Assembly (NCBI GenBank): GCA_964414215.1
Contig: CAYPVQ010000001.1
Span: 1-46,990, forward strand
From: an uncultured Candidatus Saccharibacteria bacterium
GTDB lineage: Bacteria; Patescibacteriota; Doudnabacteria; UBA920; 2-01-FULL-46-14
Length of the DNA: 46,990 nt
Direction of reading: 5' to 3'
Shown: one piece after another, positions 22,366 to 29,818 of the stretch
How the letters are laid out: the number at the start of each line of letters is the position of its first letter
How positions within the stretch are numbered: the stretch's first letter is position 1
Made by a program: the position numbers and the translations under genes
Notes under the pieces: model-generated
What the model saw: the letters and a program-made list of their open reading frames with translations, nothing else
Database searches by the model: none
Told to the model about the DNA's origin: nothing

Positions 22366-23446
22366 TGTACTAGATGACTACATCGGTAACAAGGGTCTGC
22401 TGGAAGTGGTATGCAAAGGGGGTTAAATAATTAAGGGATTGGTGAGGCCGGTAGCAGTTGTATTTGAGTAGCCATTTGGCGAGCTTGCGGTTGAACTCCT
22501 GGACATCTGCCGTCCAGTTCCCTTGCCGCAGAAACTCCTGCTTCAGAATGCCGCTTCAATCGTTCACAGACAGGGTTGTCTTTAGCGGTCTTGACCCGGG
22601 AGAAGTACTGGGGAATATCCAGGCTCTGCAAGGTCTTGGCAAACTCCTTTTCAAACTCACTCCCGTTATCCTGGCAGGTATTGAGGATGTTTCCTTTAGC
22701 TACCGCATAGAGTCGGATGAACAGGTCTTTGGCCGTGGCCGAGGAATGGGTTGTGTACATTCTTGCCCAGGCAATCTTGCTGACCGTATCTATGCCGGTG
22801 ACAATGTATCGGCGCAGTCCATTGCGGTGCAGAACAATGCTGTCAAAAGCCACCAGGAAGCCAGGGGTTTGCTGTTTCGTGAGTTCAATGGTTTTCCGCT
22901 TGGATACCGCCTGTTTTTTGAATTGCCGGTCAGTCTTTCCTGGTCTCCTCTGTAGATGGTACTTCTCAATCACCCGCTGGATTTTCCAGGAGGAGATGCG
23001 TTCGGGGTTCTCCCGTTCGTAGATGGCTTTGAGTTTCATCTTGCCATACTCGGGATTGAGATGTCGGAGGGCGAGGATACGATTCTCCTCAAGACGGGTG
23101 ATTTGAATATCCCGCCTGGTGACGGGGGCGCGGGATCCCTCCTCCAGAGATTTAAGGTTAACCAGGTCAAAAACAGCCTGCCATTTGTAGAAGGTTTTGG
23201 GAGTGATACCAAAATACCTGGCAGTTCTGCGGGCGTTCTTTTGGCCCCGGGTACGGTAATAGATAAACCACTCCAACTTCTGCTTGGCCTTAGAAGAAAG
23301 CTTCAACAGGGCAGCCTGTCTGCGCCAACGATCATATTGGTTTAACAAAGGACGGTCTTTCCAGAGAGGTTTGAGATAGAAATTCATGGCAACTCCTTTC
23401 TTTGCTATTCTAGCAAAGGTGTTACCGATGTATCTCATCTTTTACA
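22366..23446 (-). mobile_element. IS481-like insertion sequence (1081 bp)
   Basis: Imperfect terminal inverted repeats: tgtactagatgactacatcggtaaca (22366-22391) against the reverse complement of 23420-23446 (tgtaaaagatgagatacatcggtaaca). About 22 positions match, including a 12-bp perfect core. It is flanked by a direct repeat tgccg (22361-22365 and 23447-23451). Confidence 0.75.
22370..23387 (-). pseudogene. DDE (rve/integrase-type) transposase with a +1 frameshift near 22550
   Basis: The ATG at 23387 is preceded by GGAG. HTH region, FDSIV...QDNGSEF...NPVCER DDE core. After CERLKR the conserved continuation ILKQEFLRQGNWTADVQEFNRKLAKWLLKYNCYRPHQSLNYLTP is in the next frame and ends at 22370. 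Confidence 0.75.
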
Positions 23447-23533
23447 TGCCGCGCGCCTGCCTGCGGCAGGCAGGGAATCCGCCGAAGCTTGACAGCAATT
23501 TCCCGCTTTGCCTTAATTTTTGCAAACGTGGTT

Positions 23534-24022
23534 TCAGCTTATCGTAATCCCGAATAGCGAGCGAAACCCCAAACCAATCACAAAAGATATAGTCGCAACC
23601 CCTAAGCTAAAGACAAACATCTCGCCAAACTGCTTCGCGAAATTCCGGCCAAAAAGTCGTGCGGTGGAATAAGAAATAACGGCAATAATCACCAGCGCAA
23701 TTATCAAAGTTAGGACCAAAGCACTAAAAACGTCCCCGAAAATGAAAAATGGCGCCACCAACAAAAGCACCACCGCCAGATAAGAAATACCGGTATAGGT
23801 GCCGGCTAATTTAGCGTCTTTGCCATCCTCGTGCCGGGCTTGCATGTAGGCTGAAGCTGCCATCGACAGCGCGGCCGCCACTCCAGTCACCAGCCCTGTT
23901 AGGGCCACAAGCTTCAGCTGCTGCAAGGCAAATGACAGACCGACCAATACCCCGGTCAATTCGATGAGCGCATCATTGGTCCCCAAGACAATACTAGAGA
24001 TGTACTCGCGGTGCTGTTTCAT
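23534..24022 (-). CDS. VIT1/CCC1-family (iron/manganese) transporter
   Basis: 162 aa. VLGTNDALIELTGVLVGLS is the family motif (G-NDG/A-L...L-G), followed by several TM helices. Confidence 0.7.
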   Translation of the reverse strand: MKQHREYISSIVLGTNDALIELTGVLVGLSFALQQLKLVALTGLVTGVAAALSMAASAYMQARHEDGKDAKLAGTYTGISYLAVVLLLVAPFFIFGDVFSALVLTLIIALVIIAVISYSTARLFGRNFAKQFGEMFVFSLGVATISFVIGLGFRSLFGITIS

Positions 24023-24100
24023 TTATATCACGCTGACAACCGCAGCAAATGACGATTTAAGATGAGAGCTTGAGTTTTTCATGGCTTTTTTAATTGTAAA

Positions 24101-26275
24101 TTATAGAGACTTGCGGCGCAAGAACAGAGCATTTACGGCAACAATCACAGTGCTCAAAGACATAAACACCGCGGCTAGGGCCGGCTCGAGGAGAATTCCT
24201 TTTGATGCCAAAACCCCGGCCGCCAGAGGAAGCGCTATCACATTGTAGCCAGTTGCCCAAAAAAGATTCTGGATCATCTTGGTATAGGTAAGGCGCGACA
24301 GTTTAATAATTCTCACGATGTCGCGCGGATCGTTTTTGACCAAAATTATTCCGGCGGATTCAATGGCCACATTGGTGCCCGCGCCAATCGCCACTCCCAA
24401 ATCAGCTTGGGTCAAAGCCGGAGCATCGTTTACCCCATCGCCAATCACGGCAACTTTTAACCCGCGGCTCTGCAAGAGCTTGACCTTTTGAGCTTTTTCC
24501 GAGGGCAAAACTTTGGCAAAGTGCTCGTCTATCCCAAGTGTGGCGGCAACCCAAGCAGCAACGTCTTCGGAATCCCCGGTAATCATCGCGGTTTTTAATC
24601 CCATTGCTTTCAAAGCCCCGATAGCGCTTTTTGATTCCTCACGAATGACATCTGCTAAGGCAATAGCGCCAATTAATTTTCGTTCGGCAATCACATAGGT
24701 CACAGTCTTACCCTGACTTGCCAATTGGCCAATTTGTTTTCGCAAATTCTCGACCACATTTTCGGGAAATTTCGCATTCGCTTCCTGCAGCAAAAGTTCG
24801 TTGCCGACCACAATCTTTTTCCCCTCAATTTCGCCTCGAGCCCCTTTGCCCGCAATCCGTTGAAAATTTTTGACTTCCATAAGTTTTAACCCGCGCTGTC
24901 TTGCCTCCCCCGTCATGGCCTTGGCGATTGGGTGTTCCGAATGACTATTAACCGAGGCGGCAAGCCGCAACACTTCGGCTTCGGAAGCCTTCGCAACCGG
25001 GATTATGGTATCCACGCCAAATTCACCGCGGGTTAAAGTTCCGGTTTTGTCAAATAGCACTATGTCAATTCGCCTCGCTGCCTCCAAAGCCAGCCTTTGT
25101 TTTATTAAAAGTCCGTTTCGGGCGGCCATAGTTGTGGAAATCGAAGCCACGAGCGGAACCGCCAATCCCAAAGCGTGCGGGCAGGTAATAACCAGCACGG
25201 CGACCAGTCTCTCGGTTGCAAAAACCATTCCGGCTTTGGCCACGAGCCAGAGGACAAAAGTCAAGGTGCCGGTTGCGAGGGCGAGCTGAGTAGGATAGAA
25301 GGCAGTGCGGTCAGTGAGAAGTTGTGGGCGCGATTTCGAAGGTTTAGCTTCCGCAACAAGTCTCATCACGCCAGCCTATAACGTATTTTCGCCAAGTTGA
25401 TTGACCCGGATCTGAAGGCTTCCGTCGCCATTGATGGTTCCCGCAATGACCTCACTGCCAATAGCTTTGGAAACTGGCCGTGATTCGCCGGTTGCAATGG
25501 CTTCATTGACTTCTGATTTTCCTTCGATCACCTCGCCGTCAGCGGCAATTTTCCCTCCCGGCCTTGCCAAGATAACATCGCCAAGCTTGAGCTCCGAAAG
25601 CGGCACGGTTTCGGTTTTTGAGCTCCGGATTACTTCGGCTGTATCAGGAAGAAGTTTGGAAAGTTCTTTTAAGGCACTTTGCGCGCCGCGCACTGCCCGC
25701 ATCTCAAGCCAGTGCCCGAGGAGCATGATGGTAATAAGTGTCGTAAGCTCCCAAAAGAGCGTATGTTCCGGCTCGCCAAATGTTGCCTGCCCGCCGAAGC
25801 CTTGTCGAAGGAGGGCGTAAATGCTGTAAAAGTACGCCGCCGAGATAGCAATGGCAATTAGCGTCATCATGCCGGGAAGCTTGGCTTTAAGCTCCCTTAA
25901 GGCGCCTACTAGAAATACCCAGCCGCCGTAAAAAAACACAATTGAGCCCAGAGCAAGCGGCAAATATTCCGAACCTGCAAATTGCGGAGCCTTGAAGCCC
26001 AAAAGCTTTTGCGCAATGTCAGAATAAAGCACGACCGGAATAGTCAAGATCAAACTCACCCAAAATTTACGCAAGAACATAGCCAAACTATGCCCTTCGT
26101 GCTTATCGTGATGTTTGTTTTGCGCTTTGCGTTTTGCGTTTTTCGCTTCTAGCAAATTCATCCCGCACTCCGAACACATCCCGGGCTTATCCCGCATAAC
26201 CTCCGGATGCATGGGGCAGGTATAATAAATTACATTGGTATTATGCTGGTGGTGCATATGTGTTCTCCCTTTCAA
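24101..26275 (-). pseudogene. P1B-type heavy-metal P-type ATPase (CPH-motif, CopB-like) interrupted by one in-frame TAG
   Basis: N-terminal part (25376-26275): His-rich start, YYTCPMHPEV...CSECGMNL metal-binding domain and the TGES actuator motif. C-terminal part (24101-25369): CPH, DKTGTLT and GDGVNDAP. The junction reads GENTL-TAG-AGVMRLVAEA in a single frame (TAG at 25376-25378). Confidence 0.85.
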
Positions 26276-26939
26276 AATTATGATAATTCATCATATCGGA
26301 TGGCATGCTCTCGATTTGATATGCACCTTCTGGTTCCCGATACGAGATTAGAAGCAACGACGTGATAAACAGAAATACTATCCAGGGATAAGCAAGCCAA
26401 GGGTATTGATTAACCCAAAGGACTTCTGCAAATTTCAGGATCCCAGCAATAATCAGGGTGAATCCCAGCCACTGGTGGATTGCTGCAGTTCTTAATACCG
26501 CTTCGCTAGTACCGTGCTGCGGATGAGTAAAAAACAAAATCCCTATTACCGCTAATACAACTGGTGTAACAGATTGTAGAGCGGTTATATTTCTATTCGA
26601 GCGCAAATACCTTATTTCTGCACCCCCTGCCATTATCAAAAGAATCGCCATAAACATATGCTGTCGTTGCTGGGCATCCAAAATTGTCGCTTTCCAAGCA
26701 AGCGCAAGTTCGTCAAAGTGATGTGTAAATAAGAACAGGGGAAGAAAAAGACCTGCGGCAAGAATCAGAATTGGCCAAGAATACTTCCAAGCTTTTCCTT
26801 TCGCAAACTTTGCTGCCACCAACACTGCCAAAACACTGACCAGTGCAAATAAGCCACCCTCAATCCAATGGGCAAGGTTAGAAAAAAATTGAAGTTCATC
26901 CGGTGTATGAAGTTGTAAAATAATTGCTAATGAATCCAT
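26241..26939 (-). CDS. His-rich polytopic membrane protein of the metal operon
   Basis: 232 aa with ~6 TM helices and conserved-looking His motifs (THHFDE, QQRQHM, THPQHG, AAIHQW). It lies between the CsoR-like gene and the ATPase. Confidence 0.5.
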   Translation of the reverse strand: MDSLAIILQLHTPDELQFFSNLAHWIEGGLFALVSVLAVLVAAKFAKGKAWKYSWPILILAAGLFLPLFLFTHHFDELALAWKATILDAQQRQHMFMAILLIMAGGAEIRYLRSNRNITALQSVTPVVLAVIGILFFTHPQHGTSEAVLRTAAIHQWLGFTLIIAGILKFAEVLWVNQYPWLAYPWIVFLFITSLLLISYREPEGAYQIESMPSDMMNYHNFERENTYAPPA

Positions 26940-26947
26940 TTTTTTGT

Positions 26948-27199
26948 CTAGACGTAAAGATACTTATAAAACAACTGCGCCTGGTCGGTGATCGCCTGCA
27001 AGATGGCCTGCTCGTTCTCTGCCGCGGCTGTTCTGGGCAGAGTCAGGCGGGTTTCAAACTCCGCGGGAATAACCGGCGCCGGTAGCCGAGCGCTCTGCCT
27101 GGAGTTTACTGGATAATTCCAGACCAAAGCTGCGATCAAAAAAACCACCGATATTTGTAATATTTTATTTGCGCTTAGAAACATTGAAGACCGAAACAA
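26948..27199 (-). CDS. small membrane-anchored/secreted hypothetical protein
   Basis: 83-aa ORF with an N-terminal hydrophobic segment (ILQISVVFLIAALVW). The start is uncertain because it overlaps the upstream gene's 3' end. Confidence 0.35.
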   Translation of the reverse strand: MFRSSMFLSANKILQISVVFLIAALVWNYPVNSRQSARLPAPVIPAEFETRLTLPRTAAAENEQAILQAITDQAQLFYKYLYV

Positions 27200-27434
27200 T
27201 CTCTTTAATGGCTTTTTGTTCTTTGCCGGATTTTACCTGCTCGATAACATGGGTCGAGAGGTGGTTTTCCAGAAGTAAATCCTCGAGGCTCGAAAGCGCC
27301 CGCTTGACTGCCAAGGACTGATTAATAATATCAATGCAGTACTGGTCCTCCTCCACCATCCGCTCAAGTCCCCGCACCTGCCCTTCTAGGATTTTGAGCC
27401 GCCGTACGGCCCGTGTTTTCAAGCTCTTTTTCAT
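27165..27434 (-). CDS. CsoR/RcnR-family metal-sensing repressor
   Basis: The start was trimmed to the ATG at 27434. RRLKILEGQVRGLERMVEEDQYCIDIINQSLAVKRAL is the family core. The ligand positions read C33-H58-H62 (C-H-H rather than the C-H-C of Cu-CsoR). Confidence 0.8.
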   Translation of the reverse strand: MKKSLKTRAVRRLKILEGQVRGLERMVEEDQYCIDIINQSLAVKRALSSLEDLLLENHLSTHVIEQVKSGKEQKAIKEIVSVFNVSKRK

Positions 27435-27444
27435 GGCATTTTGT

Positions 27445-27473
27445 ATGATACCCCCTGGGGGTATTCTTGTCAA
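27445..27473 (-). promoter_or_regulatory. promoter with a CsoR-type operator ATACCCCCTGGGGGTAT
   Basis: The - strand reads TTGACA (27473-27468), a 17-nt spacer and TATCAT (27450-27445). The 17-bp perfect palindrome at 27448-27464 (C5-T-G5 flanked by ATA/TAT) fills the spacer. The ATG is 10 nt downstream. Confidence 0.7.
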
Positions 27474-27731
27474 GTCCTCGCGAAATCGACACAATTCTGC
27501 TTTCTCCTCCTAGTCCGCCTGAGACGGAGGGAGATGAAGCGAAGCCCCGTAGTGTCGCCGCTTGAGGCGACTACTACTGGGGAGGGGGTGGGAGAAAAGG
27601 CTGAATAATCTTTTGTCCGTTTTTTTCGTCGCCTGCCGCGGCATAGCCTTCCTCCTTTCGTTGATTTTGCCCCTTATCTTAACATAGGGTAATTCTATTT
27701 GACAAACCCTCCCAATCATTCAAAAATGAAT

Positions 27732-27760
27732 TTGACACCAAAATTTATGAAGCATAATAT
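27732..27760 (+). promoter_or_regulatory. promoter giving a (near-)leaderless mRNA for the 27767 ORF
   Basis: TTGACA (27732-27737), a 17-nt spacer, TAATAT (27755-27760), then 6 nt and the ATG at 27767. Confidence 0.5.
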
Positions 27761-27766
27761 GAGCTT

Positions 27767-28066
27767 ATGGATAAAGACATGAACAAAACAGATTCTCTGA
27801 CACCCAACGACCTTGATAAAATCGCCGGCTTGCTTGATAATCGCCTCGCCCCCTTAGCGACCAAAGAGTTTGTCAAAGAAGAAATAACAGCATCCGAAAA
27901 CCGCGTGAAGACAGAACTTAAATCATATATCGACGAAGGAGTGGAGACGATTATGGAAGGAATAGACAATATTTCCAAGCAACTGGCCGAAAAAGAGCGG
28001 GTCGATAGATTAGAAAAATGGGCCCATGAGGCTGGGGAAAAAATCGGCGTGAAATTGGAAATCTAA
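27767..28066 (+). CDS. hypothetical coiled-coil protein
   Basis: 99-aa ORF rich in charged residues with heptad-like character. A canonical promoter lies upstream and a terminator downstream. Confidence 0.5.
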   Translation: MDKDMNKTDSLTPNDLDKIAGLLDNRLAPLATKEFVKEEITASENRVKTELKSYIDEGVETIMEGIDNISKQLAEKERVDRLEKWAHEAGEKIGVKLEI

Positions 28067-28172
28067 ACATGATCCATCTCAACTCCGGAAATCTGATTTT
28101 CACCGTTAATTTCAGCACAGCTGCTGGCGGCGGATTTTAGAACCGGCTTTCTAAACACTATGTTTCCGAAAG

Positions 28173-28191
28173 CCGGCATCGCCGGTTTTTT
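28173..28191 (+). terminator. intrinsic terminator
   Basis: ccggc-atc-gccgg followed by tttttt. An alternative longer pairing is possible between accggctttc (28142-28151) and gaaagccggc (28168-28177). Confidence 0.6.
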
Positions 28192-28218
28192 AATTATTAG
28201 GGCCATCTTTCTACTAAT

Positions 28219-28856
28219 ATGACTAAACCTACCAAAATTCAAATCATCTTCTTAGCAGTATTCGTTCTGTTCTCGATCCTGGCCTCAAACATAAACTTTA
28301 CCCCGTTCGTGGTTGGCAAACTTAAGTTCAGCCTGTTTGACCTCTATGCTCCCGTGGCAGGCGGATTCTTCGGGCCGCTTCTGGGAATAATATCCGTCTT
28401 CATAGTAGGTGTTGTCAATCTGCTCATTGAACAAACCTTGAATCTCGCCACAATACTCATGTCTTTCCCGTTCTTTTTGGGGTTTGGTATTTTGCCTCAA
28501 AAAACAGATTGATTAACATCCTCATTCCGGTGGCGGCAATCATTGGTTTTCTAGCCTCGCCCATTGGCCGCGAGGTTTGGTATTATCCCTTGTTCTGGCT
28601 GATTCCAATCGTCATGAGTTTCTACAAAGAAAAGTCAGTCGTGGCCAATGCTTTAGGGGCAACATTCACCACTCATGCGATTGGCGGAGCGCTGTGGATC
28701 CAGTTCTTTGCCCCCCCAGCCTCGGTCTGGATTGGCCTCATCCCAATTGTCATAGTGGAACGGACAATCTTCACGATTACGACAGTCGGCGTTTACCTTC
28801 TAGCAAAGCAAGTCCCTAACCTCATTCGTATATTCGTACCAATTCGTAATTCGTAA
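28219..28856 (+). pseudogene. ECF-S-component-like membrane protein split by a frameshift at an A6 run
   Basis: The 28219-28512 and 28509-28856 ORFs are both all-TM. The second starts at TTG with no SD. Adding one A to the A6 run (28499-28504) fuses them as ...GFGILPQKNRLINILIPVAAI..., giving ~212 aa and about 6 TM helices. Confidence 0.55.
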
Positions 28857-28861
28857 AGTTC

Positions 28862-29602
28862 ATGCAGTTCCTTCCTATCAAAACCCGCCCGTTTCTCCCG
28901 CCTAAAGACGACATCTACGACTTGCTAAATAGTTTCCTGCCGCCGCTTCGAAACGGCGACGTCTTGATCATCACCTCCAAAGTCCTGGGCATCCATCAAG
29001 GCCGCTGCGTCAAGATCCAAAAAGACACTCTCGAGGAAAGAAATAGTCTGATCATGCAAGAAGCAGACTGGTATGTCCCTCCGCAAAAACGCAAAGGTCT
29101 GCACTGGCACCTGACCATCAAAGACTATACACTCATCGCAGACGCTGGGATTGACCGCAGTAATGGTCGAGGCTACTACATCCTCTGGCCTCGGAATACC
29201 AAAAAACTCATCCGGGAAATCAGGACCTTCCTCAAAAAAAAGTTTCGCCTCAAAAAACTTGGAGTCATTGTAATTGATAGCCACCTCGTGCCTCTGCGAG
29301 CGGGAACCATGGGCATTTCCACTGGCTTTTACGGCTTTGCGCCCCTGGTTGACTACCGGGGCACACCCGATGTTTTTGGCCGAAAACTCAAATATACCAG
29401 AGCGAATATTGTCGATCCCCTGGCCGCCATCAGTTCGCTGCTAATCGGCGAGGGCAATGAGCAAACTCCCATGCTTTTGATTCGCGGACTGAAATTCATC
29501 AAATTCACTGACCACGATACGACTCGACAGCTTGTCTATCCTCCACACATTGATATTTACCGGCCGCTTTTGCAAGTTTATCGCAGAAACAAAAAACGTT
29601 AA
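28862..29602 (+). CDS. CofE/FbiB-like gamma-glutamyl ligase family protein
   Basis: 246 aa. The pattern GDVLIITSKVLGIHQGR...IADAGIDRSN...IVIDSHLVPLRAGTMGISTG...ANIVDPLAAISSLLIGEGNEQTP is the F420-0:gamma-glutamyl ligase-like fold signature. Confidence 0.65.
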   Translation: MQFLPIKTRPFLPPKDDIYDLLNSFLPPLRNGDVLIITSKVLGIHQGRCVKIQKDTLEERNSLIMQEADWYVPPQKRKGLHWHLTIKDYTLIADAGIDRSNGRGYYILWPRNTKKLIREIRTFLKKKFRLKKLGVIVIDSHLVPLRAGTMGISTGFYGFAPLVDYRGTPDVFGRKLKYTRANIVDPLAAISSLLIGEGNEQTPMLLIRGLKFIKFTDHDTTRQLVYPPHIDIYRPLLQVYRRNKKR

Positions 29603-29609
29603 ATACTTG

Positions 29610-29712
29610 ACCCCGTTAGACAATACTTGTTACCATAATTTTACCTTGCTTGCCTATAGATATTTAATGACCAAGATAAGACCCTGCTTGGCAAATTATT
29701 GTCTAACGGGGT
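29610..29712. repeat. 16-bp inverted repeat (accccgttagacaata / tattgtctaacggggt) enclosing 71 nt
   Basis: Read directly. The arms share ccccgttaga...tctaacg with the short hairpin at 16210-16232 just after the LCP gene. Confidence 0.6.
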
Positions 29713-29818
29713 TGACAAAAAAACAAAAACCTAGTAAAAGTTAAACTTATGAATTGCGAAGTCTCATAACTCACCCTCCCCTCTCTTATCTTAAGAGGGG
29801 GTTACGGGTCCCAATTCT

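Noticed and set aside
23447-23533. + strand promoter-like TTGACA-17-CTTAAT next to the IS right end
   Set aside because: No + strand gene follows, since the next gene is on the - strand. It is probably a chance match or a relic.
25376-25378. TAG reassigned as a sense codon (alternative genetic code)
   Set aside because: TAG terminates other well-supported genes here, such as the DGR target gene at 21503 and the antitoxin at 35641. The same goes for the restored transposase frame at 22370. A nonsense mutation, an error or local readthrough is more economical.
27510-27719. ORFs 27510-27719 (-), 620-820 (+), 6027-6392 (+) and 6224-6820 (+)
   Set aside because: Their sequences are read from palindromic repeat elements or run antisense to nrdJ. 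They have no RBS and low-complexity Pro/Ser/Arg/Gly content.
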